A stretch of DNA of 63,936 nucleotides, the filler included, from Octopus bimaculoides (lineage: Eukaryota): NCBI RefSeq assembly GCF_001194135.2. It is 8 parts of 7 records of this genome, joined end to end, with 100 filler letters (N's around TTAATTAATTAA, not from the genome) between each part and the next. Parts side by side here need not be neighbours in the genome. Positions count along the whole stretch, not along the records: positions 33,736 to 47,731 come from NC_069000.1; positions 47,832 to 51,842 come from NC_068984.1; 6 more parts are not named here. The stretch is one strand, 5' to 3'. The translations under genes were made by a program, and so were the position numbers. This document shows positions 38,116-50,860 of this stretch, piece after piece. How positions within the stretch are numbered: the first letter of the stretch is position 1; every line of letters begins with the position of its first letter. A model generated the notes under the pieces. It saw only the letters and a list, made by a program, of their open reading frames with translations, made no database searches and was not told the DNA's origin.

Positions 38116-39363
38116 GCTGTTAAAGTTTATCTGCAATAAATCAGTTATCCTTCTACAGTTCACTAAATATTTTACCAAATTCCTAATACATACAATTCCT
38201 AATAACATATGAATCATGTACTACCAATTTTCTCCACAAAACAGGGACAGAGGCAGCCCATTGGAGAAATGAACCTCATGAGGTGGAGTGGCTACTGCTG
38301 TGAGTGTTGCTACCATTCTTCATAGCAATGCCATCGCAGTCAATACTGCAGAGTGCTGCTGAGTGTACCACTTGTTTTAAGGTATGTGAATCATCAGCCC
38401 TCTCCCTCCGTCTTTCACTGCTTTTCCTCTTTTTTCTCCCTTTTTCTTTTCTTTTTTCATCTTTTTAAAGATTTTATAAGTACATAAAATGTTTCAAAAT
38501 AAAAAGTAAAATATAATAAGATTTTTTAAAACATCTCCTTTAAAAGCATCCAGCACACACTGTAAAGTGGTTGGTGTCAGGAAGGGCATCCGGCCATAAC
38601 ACAACCATTGCCAAATCAGACAGGAGTCTGGTGCAGCTCCCCAGCTTGCCAACTCTGGTCAAACCATCTAACTTGTGTCAGTATGGAAAACAGATGTTAA
38701 AAGCTGATGATGATGATGATGAGGAGGAGGAGGAGGAGGAGGAATGGTTATGAGGGTCCACCAGGATAAAATAGGACTCAAAGGATGTCCATAGGCAAAA
38801 GAATTCTTGAGAACTACTGAAATAGTAGGAAGATTTGACTGGTTTCTAAAAAGATGGTCAAACATGTAGAGTCTCCACCATTAGTTTATGTGTGTGGTGT
38901 GGGGGATAGAAGGTGCAGATGAAAATGGTGAAGTGGAATTGAAATATTGGAAGTGGAAAGAACAGAAAATGCAACAACAACAACAACAGCATCGTCAACA
39001 ACAACAACAAACTCCGACAATGACAACAACGATAACAAGAAAAGGAATAATCACGAAATTGGAATGGTTCCGATATTAATAACAGACTGACGTGTAAGAG
39101 TATGTCTTGGAGTATCTTACCTGGATCAATGATGGAGATGGAGACACAAGAGGAGAAGATGAAGTAGCAGCTAATCTTGTGTTCTTCGTATAAAAATCTG
39201 GAATCTACCCAACTCATTCTATACTTTTTACATAATTCTATAAAGAATTTGAAATTTCAATAAATTATTTGGATTTCTGAACAATTCATACGTAGATACA
39301 CACAAACACATGCACATTCAATCATGCACACACGCACACACACACATGTATGTATTTACATGC

Positions 39364-39419
<56 letters not shown>

Positions 39420-40051
39420 ATATGCATGTATATATATATATTATTAATATCAACAGTAATATTAATATTTATATTAATGTATATACATAATATTTACAAT
39501 GTAAGTATACATATTATCTGTGTGTGTGTGTGCGTGTGTGTACAGAATTCAGGTATAGCAACAACAAACACCTTTCCAACAAGAACAAACAACAATGCAA
39601 ACAACAACAACGACAACAATAATAATAATTGTAATGGCAACAATAATGAAAGCAAAAAGCAATCTCAACTGACATAACAACCATCAATAACAACAACACC
39701 AACATCAATATAAACATAATAATAATAATAATAATAAATAGATAAAAACAGATTAGCTATGTGACTTTTGTATATCTAGATGATGTAGGCAATGTACTGA
39801 TGATGTGAGTTTTGCAATGTAGAAGATGACAGAACGAAGAGGTGGTGGGGTGGGTTTAGAGCGGGTTGGGGGGTGTGGTGGTTTTAAATGGGGGGGGGGN
39901 NNNNNNNNNNNNNNNNNNNNGGGGGGGAACAAAAACAAATAAACTCGATGTAGAAATAAACAAACAAATTTGTTTTGTTTGCTCAAAGTGGTTTTATGTG
40001 TGTGTATATATATGTGTATGCATATGTGTGTATGTATATGTGTGGCTGTGT

Positions 40052-40091
<40 letters not shown>

Positions 40092-40373
40092 GCGTGTGCG
40101 TGTGCTTTTGAGATTTACCAAAAACTCGTCCGATCCGAGACTATGTTAAAGTTCTTGCTGGATTATGCTGATTCCAGCTTTTAATGCACCGTTTTTCAAA
40201 GAAGTCAATGCAGATCGTCTCTTGAGTAGCTTTCAGAGCTGAGTCTTAGCTCTGTCAATTATATAAACATCACAAATATAACGACGACGCCAACAACAAC
40301 AACAACATCAGTAACTATGTCTACTACAACTACTACAGCTACTACAATGACTACAGAAAACATCAGCAAGGGC

Positions 40374-40375
<2 letters not shown>

Positions 40376-40426
<51 letters not shown>

Positions 40427-41060
40427 TAGTAGCAGTAGTAGCAGCAGCAGTAGTAGTAGTAGTAGAACTTTTGTAGACTGCTTTATAGAAAAATATTTAT
40501 ACTATTCCTCTGGTGGTGGTGGTTGTAGTGGTAGTGATGATGGTATTGGTGATAGTAATGGTGGTGGTGGTGGTGGGGGTGGTAGTGGTGATGGTAGTGG
40601 TGGTAGTAATGGTGATAGTGATGGTGGTGGTGGTGGTGGTAGTAGTAGTGGTGATGATAGTGGTTGGTAGTAGTTATGGCTATAGAAATAGTAGTGACTG
40701 TGATGATGATGGCGGTGATAGTAGTGGTGGTTGTGGTGGTGGTGTGGTGGTGGTGGTGGTAGTGGTGTGGTAGTGGTGGTGGTAGTAGCGGTGATATGAC
40801 AGGGATGATAGTGGTGGGGGTGATGGTGGCAGTGGTTGTAGTTGTGGTGACAGAGGTAGTGGAGATTGTGGTGATGATGATAGTAGTGGTGGTTGTCGTG
40901 GTGGTGGCAGCAGTCATGTTTGATTATTGTGGTGGTGGTCATTGTGGTAGCAGTGTTGGTGTTGGCACTTGTGGAGGTGGTGGTGGTGGTTGTAGCAGTG
41001 TTGGTGATAATGGTAGTGGTGCTGGTAGTGGCGGTGGCTGTGATGGCAGCAGTATTTGTG
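40376..41060 (+). repeat. Compound degenerate (AGT)n/(GGT)n trinucleotide region
   Basis: Direct inspection; its Ser/Gly/Val ORFs are artefacts. Confidence 0.9.
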
Positions 41061-41304
41061 GTGCTTTTGGGGTCAGGTTATGTCTGTGGTAATTATGCTA
41101 CCTCCCAGTAGAATTAGGTGTAGCTGTAATTCAGCTGTTGAGGGCACTTTACTAATAATAGAAATGGTTAAAATGGTATCGTCGATGATAATGGTTCAAT
41201 TTTAGAAAACTGGAAGGTTATAGTACAGGTGGTAGTAGTGATTTTATGGCAGAAGCAGTATTTATGTGGAGGCATGTGGCTCTGTGGTTAGGGTGTAGCA
41301 AATT

Positions 41305-41520
41305 GCAAGGAGTCTCAGTTCCTTGTCATCTCTGTGAGGTTTAACGTCTAAAGACCCTTTCTCACCACTTCATCCAGTGTCTTCCTTCAGCAGGTTCCCT
41401 CCACATTTACAGATCAGTCCTTCTTTATGCAGCTTCCCTCATCCATATGCATCACATGACCATACCAGTGCAGTCTTCTCTCTTGCACACTACAATTTGT
41501 TCTCTGGGATCATTTACAAG
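41305..41520 (-). mobile_element. RTE-clade LINE 3' fragment
   Basis: VQERRLHWYGHVMHMDEGSCIKK...VEGT...RKTLDEVVRK matches the RTE C-terminal motif RLRWYGHV.RM...EG.R.RGRPRKTW. Confidence 0.75.
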
Positions 41521-41668
41521 CTGTCATACATGCACACTGACATTACCCATCTGGTGGACCATGCACACTGACATTACCCATCCGGTGGACCATGCTGACT
41601 TCATTTCTTTCAAGTTTATGCATTTTCTCTGTAGTCGTAATTCATCAATGATAATTCAAATCCAACAT

Positions 41669-41747
41669 GATGTGGGCTTCTGCACAGTGTCATGTTTCCC
41701 TGAGGAAAGCCTTTCTTCAGGGAAGACACTGTGCAAAAACCCACATC
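41669..41747. repeat. 79-nt hairpin with a 4-nt bulge
   Basis: gatgtgggcttctgcacagtgtc-atgt-ttccctgaggaaag C ctttcttcagggaa-gacactgtgcaaaaacccacatc. Confidence 0.8.
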
Positions 41748-42155
41748 TTGCATCAATCAGATCCTGACCTGGAACCTTCAAGGAAAATAGGCATCCCAAA
41801 ATCAAGGGATCTTTCTGATTTGGCAGACACCATTTGTTTTCTACTGAAACACTTTCAAACTTGGGACACTGGTAGAATGTGTCATATAAAACATCTTTTA
41901 CTCTTAGTGTTGTTGAGAAAAGTTTATCCTTTTAAAGTTATTTCATGTTAAATTTGTCGTATTTCGGTAATTTCAACCAATCACTGACGTCTATTGAGGT
42001 GAAAAAAATTACTGCTGTGAATTGTGAACACCACATGTTGTGCTGTGTAATAGGATCTTTTCCCTTGAATAAAATTAGTGCCGTTGTTTGTCAAAACAAC
42101 TATCGGCAGTACCGTTATTTATGACATCGTTCGTGCGTTTGTTCTGGTTTTAGCT

Positions 42156-42989
42156 TTAGGGTTTTAGGGTTAGGGTTAGGGTTTTAGAGTTAGGGTTAGG
42201 GTTAAGGCTAGGGTTAGGGTTAGGGTTAGGGTTTTAGAGTTAGGGTTAGGGTTAGGGCTAGAGTTTTAGAGTTAGGGTTAGGGTTAGGGCTAGGGTTAGG
42301 GTTAGGGTTAGGGTTTTAGAGTTAGGGTTAGGGCTAGGGTTAGGGTTAGGGTTAGGGTTAGGGTTTTAGAGTTAGGGCTAGGGTTAGGGTTATGAGTATT
42401 TTTGCCAAATTTGGTGAAAAATTTGTGGCGGTGTATTGAAGNNNNNNNNNNNNNNNNNNNNNNNNNNNNNNNNNNNNNNNNNNNNNNNNNNNNNNNNNNN
42501 NNNNNNNNNNNNNNNNNNNNNNNNNNNNNNNNNNNNNNNNNNNNNNNNNNNNNNNNNNNNNNNNNNNNNNNNNNNNNNNNNNNNNNNNNNNNNNNNNNNN
42601 NNNNNNNNNNNNNNNNNNNNNNNNNNNNNNNNNNNNNNNNNNNNNNNNNNNNNNNNNNNNNNNNNNNNNNNNNNNNNNNNNNNNNCGTTATTTATGACAT
42701 CGTTCGTGCGTTTGTTCTGGTTTTAGCTTTAGGGTTTTAGGGTTAGGGTTAGGGTTTTAGAGTTAGGGTTAGGGTTAAGGCTAGGGTTAGGGTTAGGGTT
42801 AGGGTTTTAGAGTTAGGGTTAGGGCTAGGGTTAGGGTTAGGGTTAGGGTTAGGGTTTTAGAGTTAGGGCTAGGGTTAGGGTTATGAGTATTTTTGCCAAA
42901 TTTGGTGAAAAATTTGTGGCGGTGTATTGAAGAGATTTTCACCAAATTTGGCAAAAATAATCATAACCCTAATCGTAACCCTAACCCTA
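42156..42989 (+). repeat. Interstitial telomeric-like (TTAGGG)n tract with TTTTAGAG/CTAGGG variants, duplicated across a gap, ending in a palindrome and inverted (CCCTAA) units
   Basis: Arrays at 42156-42389 and about 42729-42880; 37-bp inverted arms at 42875-42911 and 42936-42972; ccctaa units continue to 42989. Confidence 0.9.
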
Positions 42990-43375
42990 GGCGTGGTTGC
43001 ATGGTAAGCAGCTTGCTTCTCAATTACATGGTTCTGGGTTCAGTCTTATTGTGTGGCACCTTGAGCAAGTGTCTTCTACTATAACCTCAGGCAAACTGAA
43101 GCCTCATGAATGGATTTGGTAGAGAGAAACTGAAAGAAGCCCGTATATATATGTATATATCTATGTGTGTGTGTCATTGTGTCTGTGTTTGTTTCCACCA
43201 TCACTACTTGACAACTGGTGTTGGTGTGTTTACATCTCCTGTAACTTAGTGGTTCAGCAAAAGAGACTGATAGAATAAGTACAAAGCTTAAAAAAGAGTG
43301 CTGGGTTTTATTTTTTTAACTAAAACCCCTCTAGGTGGTGCTCCAGCATGGCCACAATCAAATGATTGAAACATA
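42990..43375 (+). mobile_element. SINE family A copy inserted at the end of the telomeric-repeat element
   Basis: ggcgtggttgcatggtaagcagcttgcttc begins directly after ccctaaccctag. Confidence 0.8.
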
Positions 43376-43884
43376 ATATCGACCACATATGCATGTGTAA
43401 ATACCTTATTTGTTTGCTGGCAAACTGCAATTTAGCCTTCAAAGAAGCCAGGTGTTAAAACACCTGAAAGTCACAGACAGATGAGACAACTCACCTCAAA
43501 TCCCATTCAGAAGCAATGGACATCGATGTTTCACCATTTTTGTGGTTTATTAATGAGTATATATCTGCATATATGTGTGTGTATCTTTGTGTTTGTGTTT
43601 GTCCTTCACCTCAACTAGGTAACCAGTGTTGGTTGGTTTATATCCTTGTAACTTAGCAGTTGGGAAAACAGACTGCTAGAGTAAGTACCGGTTTTAAAAA
43701 ATCAGTACTGGGGTTGATTTGTTTGACTAAACCCTTGAAGGAAGTGATCCAGCATGGCTGCAGTCAAATGACTGAAACAAGTTAAAGATTTTTAAAAATA
43801 AGCAATAAAGATGTATTTAACATATAATTATAATATTTATCTATGTGAAGATGTAAGGCTCTGTCTGTCTGTCTCTCTCTTTCT

Positions 43885-43931
<47 letters not shown>

Positions 43932-44499
43932 AAATGCTAACTGTTTCTGCTCATGACACATTTGTATAGCCTAGATTTTACCTCTTGCCCTATCTACTTG
44001 CCTCTTGCTGTGAGACACAAAGAAAAATATTAGAAACAAAGGAATAAAAAAAAATCTACAGACAAACTGGATTAACTCAAAAATGCACACAACACACACG
44101 CACACACACAAACTGTTGTGATAATTAATTATGATTGCAGCATAATAAATTGGAAATTTAGTGAACTGGAAAAGAAGAGTAATAAAAAAAAAAAAGAAAA
44201 AAAAGGACAAAAAAAAATGCAAGATTGCTTGGTAAACAAGAAAATTTGTAACAAGATTTAGTATTCAGCAGTGAAAATCTGATATTGACAGAACATATTT
44301 GGGATGCATTGATGGAGAAAGGAATTGCTCCAAAAAGAAGATTATGATAAAGTAACTACAATAGGATTAAAAAAAAGCAGTCTTACTGTGGAAAATTGGC
44401 AAATTTGTTGGAGCACTGGACAAAATTCCTTGCAGTATTATCACTAGATCTCTACACTATGAGTTCAAATCCTACTAATATTACCTCTGAAGTAATTTC

Positions 44500-45015
44500 T
44501 TTACTGCCCACAAGGGGCTACATACAGAGGGGGAAAACAAGGACAGACAAACGGATTAAGTCGATTATATCGACCCCAGTGCGTAATTGGTACTTAATTT
44601 ATCGACCCCGAAAGGATGAAAGGCAAAGTTGACCTTGGTGGAATTTGAACTCAGAATGTAGCAGCAGACGAAATACCGCTAAGCATTTCGCCCGGCGTGC
44701 TAACGTTTCTGCCAGCTCTTTAGAGTTCAATGGGAGTGTTGTGGCAGTGTTGTGGGATTGCTGTAAGAATTCTGTGGGAGTTCATTGAGAATGTTGTCTC
44801 TAAAGTGACAAGTTGGCAGAATCATTTGCACACCGGGCAAAATGCTTAGCAGTATTTCATATGTCTTTACACTCTGAGTTCAAATTCCACCAAGGTCAAC
44901 TTTACCTTTCATCCCTTTGGAGTTAATAGAATAAGTACCAGTTGAGTACTGGGGTTAGTATAATTGACTTATCCCCTTCCTCAAAGTTGCTGGCTTTGTG
45001 CCAAAATTTTAAATT
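44500..45015. mobile_element. Two SINE family B copies head-to-head (44500-44718 minus; 44808-45015 plus)
   Basis: Mutually reverse-complementary ~200-bp copies about 90 bp apart. Confidence 0.8.
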
Positions 45016-45966
45016 AATACTGACTCTATCTGTCACCCTTCCAGGGTCAATAGTAAAGTACCAGTCAAGTACTGGAGAAAATCACCATTTATTCTTTCCC
45101 TTTAAGAATTGACTGGAAGCAAGTAGAAGCTAGTATCATTCTAGTTTATGCACCAAAAACCAGCCTCTGTTGAACTTGGCCTTCAAGAGAATGCATGGAA
45201 GTGTATGTCATTGGACCAAACAACACTCTTGTAGTACACTAATAACACTCTTGCAGTGCTCTCTCAGTACACTCCTAAAATTTTCATTGCACTCTAATAA
45301 CACTCTCACATCACTTTCACAATACTCTAACAGTACTTTCTCAACACTCTCCCAATATACTCTCTGAACTCTGTCAACATTCTTGGCATTCATGTATGCA
45401 TGAATGTATGTACAAATGTAGAAAAGTTTGGAAACAATTGCAGTTGACAAGGCACCATGTAAAAGGTATACATTTAATGCATCTATTAATGTGGAATATA
45501 ATTGAATTAAATATGCAAAATTTAAATGAAATGAAAAGAAAAGAAACCCTATGGGCATCAATAGTCATTTCCAATGTTCAGCCTTGTAATGGAATTTGTC
45601 TTTCTAATATTAGTAATTCACTCACAAACACATGAACTAAAATTAGCTAATAATAAGTCTTTGCCACCTGAAAGAACATGTCTGCTAATTATGTAATAAA
45701 TGTTGTATTCCTATTAGTGGTCTGAAGGACACATATCTGTAGACAATGTGAATTGACATGATACTGCATTGCATTTAACTGAGAAGAGACATTAATGTAA
45801 AGGCTATGTGAAACACTGCAAATCATCAGCTTGGCGAAAGAGTCATCTTTGCTTTGCGATTCATTAATAAGCAATGGCTATACTCATTAATTGAGTCAAC
45901 TTCTATCATCCTGTATGTGTGTATGTGCGTGTGTGTTATATATGTATGAATGTATATATGTATGTA

Positions 45967-46030
<64 letters not shown>

Positions 46031-46679
46031 TATGCATGTATGTATGTATGCATGTATATATGTATGTACGTATACACATGTTTTGCATGGATGAATGGAT
46101 GTATATATATATATATATATATGTACATATCTGCGTGTAGATGTGTGACTGTATATGCATGTGTATATGTATATACCTCTATGTGAGTGGGTATGAGTGC
46201 ATGTGTGAGGGGAAATCTGTGTGTATATATAAGTATGCAAAACTGCAAATGTGTTTGTATGCTTGTGTGTATGTTTAAATATCTGTCTATCAGTGTGTTT
46301 TCTGTCAATGTATGTATGCACACATGTGCAACTATATGTGTGCATGCACGTATGCTGTATGCATGTGTATGTTTATGTGCATAATTAAGTGTATTATTTA
46401 TTCATTTAAATTATGATTGGAAAACCCAAATTATATTATTATATTAATATTAATGTAACATCATAATTAATATTTTTTATCAAGGCAGTATTATAAATTA
46501 AAAGGAAATTAAACAAGAAAACAAATAAAAACAAAATAATGGTAAAAAAAGAAAACGGGTGAATTTTAAAATTTAAAAAGATTTAAAGGCAAAAACATGA
46601 TTTTTATATAGAAGAAACATCAACAATAAGAACAAACACATGAAGAAAAACCATCAACTTTATTGTTGCAATAACCGCA

Positions 46680-47301
46680 GCTACAACCACAACCAGACCA
46701 CCAGCGCTACCACCACCACCACCACCACCACCAAATAATGTTTTACTATGACTGCTGTTTCTAATTAAAATCAAATAAAAATGTAGCTTTTATTGTTGTT
46801 GCAGTTGGTGTGGTGATGGTTGCAGTGAGGACGGTGGTAGTGGCGGTGGTGGAGAGGTTAATGGTATTAGTGGTGGTGTTAGTGAGGATGAAAAGTTATT
46901 CTGGCAGAAGCACAGTGATAGTGATAGTGATAATGATGGTGGTGGTGGTGGTGGAGATGATGGTAGTGGTGTTGATGATGGCAGTGATGATGGTTGTGAT
47001 GATAATAATGGTGGTTGTATTGATGATGACGATGATGATGGTGGTGATGATGATGATGATGATGATGATAATTTCTTCATTTAACAAAAAACAAAAATCA
47101 AAATAATTTCACTACAACCACCATCACACCTTCACCACTACCACCACCACTGCTGCTGCTGCTGCTGCTGCTGCTGTTACTGCTGCTGCTGTTTCATATT
47201 TCTTATTATTGCCAAGGCCATGCTGGAGCGCAGGCCACTATTACTGCAATTACTTCATTTCGAACATCAAAAAAGATATTGGTAATAAAGGTACAACAAC
47301 A

Positions 47302-47339
<38 letters not shown>

Positions 47340-47347
47340 CACTACTA

Positions 47348-47416
<69 letters not shown>

Positions 47417-47432
47417 NNNNNNNNNNCTACTA

Positions 47433-47483
<51 letters not shown>

Positions 47484-47484
47484 C

Positions 47485-47528
<44 letters not shown>

Positions 47529-47600
47529 TTGATGATGATGATAGCATCAACTACAACAACAATAACAACAGCAACAAAAATAATAATTATTATTATTATT
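46680..47600. repeat. Compound trinucleotide repeats (ACC, GGT/GAT, CTG, CTA, AAT)
   Basis: Direct inspection. Confidence 0.9.
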
Positions 47601-47831
47601 AACAACCATAAAAATGCAAGATTTAATTTGAAGAAATGGACTTTAATTAATAGATTTTGGGCAAATTTTCAACAATTTCTATGAAACACAAAGACCAACT
47701 TTAACATTTCTGAGGGGAAGATTATTTTTTTNNNNNNNNNNNNNNNNNNNNNNNNNNNNNNNNNNNNNNNNNNNNTTAATTAATTAANNNNNNNNNNNNN
47801 NNNNNNNNNNNNNNNNNNNNNNNNNNNNNNN

Positions 47832-48315
47832 GATGCTCCAATGTGTAATAGCACGTGCATGATAATCAAAATTTATACTCCCGAGTTTTACAAGCAACCG
47901 TCTTGAATGGACCGACCGCTGGTCAAGATGTTCTTATAACTCCAATGTCCCCCTCCCTCCGATACGATCTACAAGTTCAAGCGTCTTCAATTTCCTATCA
48001 AACTTGCCTTTGCAATGTCAATAAATAAGGCACAGGGTCAATCATTGCAAATGATTGGTTTAAATCTCGCAGAGCAAGTGTTCTCCCACGGTCAACATTA
48101 CGTTGGATGCTCCTGTGTTGGCAGGACACAAAGTCTATACATTTGTGCATCAGAAGGGAAAACGAGAAACGTTGCCTACAAAGAAGCGCTCCACTGAAAA
48201 GACGGCATTTCTTCACATCTTCCAAATCACTCCACCCATCTGCCGTCTCAAAAGCTTCGTACTTGCCGCGCTAACGTAAGTCAATGTTTACACAACTTCA
48301 CTCATTCACTCTTTC

Positions 48316-48347
<32 letters not shown>

Positions 48348-48713
48348 GTCCATTTCATATATCTTTCGATTTCAGCTCTCTTCAAATAAAATATTTACAG
48401 ATACAACTGCTTACAAAATTTGGGATTAATGTAAGATTTCTTTCTATGTTCATAATTAAATGTTTTAATGATAATACAGACGTCCAATAGAATAACTCCC
48501 AGAAACAGACTACGTACAAATTCTTTCTTCAGAACCCCTGAAGCCATTTTCTGACTGGAGGTTGATGAAATCTTCAAACAGCTAGAGGCTCCAATCAAAA
48601 CAGGGGACCCGAAATGATAAGGTTGAGAAACGCTGTTATAGATTATGCCTAACCGAAAACGATTACAGCCACATCATCCAAACAAGCCGGGTGAAACCGT
48701 GTTTAGCTGCTAG
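47832..48713 (+). mobile_element. Helitron 3' fragment: PIF1-like helicase C-terminus and 3' terminus
   Basis: LQATVLNGPTAGQDVLI...YKFKRLQFPIKLAFAMSINKAQGQSLQMIGLNLAEQVFSHGQHYVGCSCVG...KTRNVAYKEALH* (stop at 48197). Short GC hairpin ccgggtgaaaccg, then CTAG|T at 48710-48714. Confidence 0.9.
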
Positions 48714-49658
48714 TACAATATAAAAATGGTATCACGTGGTGTTGCGAATAAGGAGTTCAGCTCCCTTTAATGAGATCGTCGATTCAAGGACCGGACCGAA
48801 CGGCAGATTTTGTCCTTGTGCAAAGTGCATCATTTCACATTGCTAAAGTTTGTTCAGCTGAAAATAAGTCTCCTCGTGCCGGTGCAGTCTCCAGTTGTCG
48901 CATCTTTGATATTCCGTCCGGTCATGGATGTGGGGGGGGGGGTCGAGACAGTGTCTGTTTTTGTTCGCGATTACAAAGGAACCTAAAACAATTAGTGAAA
49001 AAGTAGTACATACTGCCGGGTCATTTTCGCTTGCCGAGGGATAGCAGCTAAGCATGAAGATGAGGGACTTTTTGTTCCGTCATTCAGCTTGCTAATAATA
49101 TATCGTTTAAAACAGTTCGGTAGCGTTTGTTGTACATATGGGTCAATCAAATCTACCTGAAATCCCACATTGTCCTCAATAACGAATAAACTATGTAACC
49201 CATTACTTATCAAAAAAAATGAGATGGTCGTGATTAAAATTATTTCGATTATTGATCAGCTAGATCAGGGCTTGCCTGAGATTTAAAAACAAACATCATT
49301 CTAAACAATTGCTTAACACAAAAACCGCCAAAAGTAAGTATCTTATCTGTCGCTAATCCTGTATTGAGTACAATAAAACAAAACTAAAATATCCAATATG
49401 TGAAAATGAGAAGGGAGTTCAGTGAAGATGCATCTACCCTGCTATACTTTTCAAATTACTCCTCAATAACTCTAGTGTAACAAACATGCAAACAAGAGTG
49501 GCATCTATAAAATCTATTTAGCATTTCGCTAGCAACACCAACCAATGTTACATTTGACACAATAAATATCTAATACATACAAAGACACAATATTAAGAAC
49601 TACATTTCTACAAGATTCCTAACAAATACAGAAAAAAGCAGACATCTATAAAATGGTG

Positions 49659-49726
49659 CACAGACATCTTTTAGGTCACACAGACATCTTTTAGGTCACA
49701 CAGACATCTTTTAGGTCACACAGACA
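49659..49726 (+). repeat. 20-bp tandem repeat (cacagacatcttttaggtca) x3+
   Basis: Three perfect copies plus a partial one. Confidence 0.92.
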
Positions 49727-50569
49727 CCGTATGAGCCTAAAACAAACAGTATTTTGCGTCTATCATGACTTGTGATTTCAATATCTGAACCAAAAGTCAA
49801 AATAAAAGATGCTATTACAGATAGACTTATATTCTAATAATTGTAATGGCCATACATTTTATTCTCTTGAAATATTTAGTTCTTGTCATTTCTTGATAAA
49901 TGAGATCATCACAGCTGCAAGATTCTTGTAATTCTCACCTGGCATCTTAGGTTGTATTGTAAGTCCGTTCTGTGAGAAGCTTCTTCATAATATTTAAACT
50001 ATGTATACTATATGTTCGCAGCCTGTATAGACTTGCTGTGTTTGTTTTGTCTTGCCGTTAGCTCGGCGGTTAAGTTATAAAGAAAACACTAAAAAAAGCC
50101 TACAAATTGTTATTCTTCTGCTGTTAACACTTCAAACTGTAAGAAGGTATTTCCCAGATATGGCGAACATCAGCTGCATAATAATTGTTTTTATTTCTCC
50201 AAGAATCGAAGTTAGTTATAGTTTGGGCTGGGATGTTTAGTTCATATGTAATAACCACAATAATAACGGATATAGAATATTAAAAGTCTATATATTTTAT
50301 ATTCTTGATTTTTAAACTTTGAATGTCCTTCTTGCAATTTTCCCACATTAACATCAAACGGGAGAAATTATTTCCATAATGGTGGTACTTTTTTACACCC
50401 AAACAAGTTTGGACACCGTTTTTATTTTCAGGTTTCACAAATACGTATTAAATTTCGTATCTTCGTCTTAATATTTTTATTCGTGATTTTGTTTCTTCTA
50501 AGGACATGTTATATCAATCTTTTACGTGACAAAAACTTGAACAATATTCAGAGCAGTAGAAAAAAAGAT

Positions 50570-50860
50570 AAATGCCTTTGAGATGTAAATCTGTAGAAGA
50601 TTGAACAAAATAAGCTTAAAAGACAAGGTAATAAATGCTGCGGTTCTAGAAAAGTTGAAAGTTCAAAGACACCTATTGTTGAGAATCAAGTCCACAAAAC
50701 TATCACATTTTGGACATAAAATGTGTCACGAGTCATTGCCTAAGACCATTCTGTCAGGAGTTGTGAAAGAGAAGAGAGTAATAGTCCGTCAAAAGACGTT
50801 TGTAGACTGATGACATCAAAGACTGGACTGGAAACAAGAGCCTGACTGACACAGAGAGAA
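50570..50860 (+). mobile_element. RTE-clade LINE C-terminal fragment
   Basis: KISLKDKVINAAVLEKLKVQRHLLLRIKSTKLSHFGHKMCHESLPKTILSGVVKEKR follows the ISW..R.TN..VL....L...KL.YFGH..R...L.K.I..G.V.G.R pattern. Confidence 0.75.

Noticed and set aside
39120-39196. Candidate minus-strand exon (ttccAG...CAG|GTAAGA)
   Set aside because: Translations (FLYEEHKISCYF... or FYTKNTRLAATSSSP...) show no TARP similarity and cannot be supported without transcripts.
42112-42931. Apparent tandem duplication of the telomeric element across the gap (likewise 37140-37216/37386-37447 and 25500-25546/25766-25812)
   Set aside because: Identical sequence on both sides of N gaps next to microsatellites is the signature of unmerged contig overlaps or haplotypes.
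43405-43560. Good splice signals on minus (GAG|GTGAGT, ctttcAG)
   Set aside because: The 59-nt segment after the acceptor has stops in all three frames, and the segment before the donor has no recognisable product.
48770-49213. Possible decayed TE coding sequence downstream of the Helitron end
   Set aside because: Only a faint resemblance to LINE RT (W.L.FN..KC..MH); not supportable.
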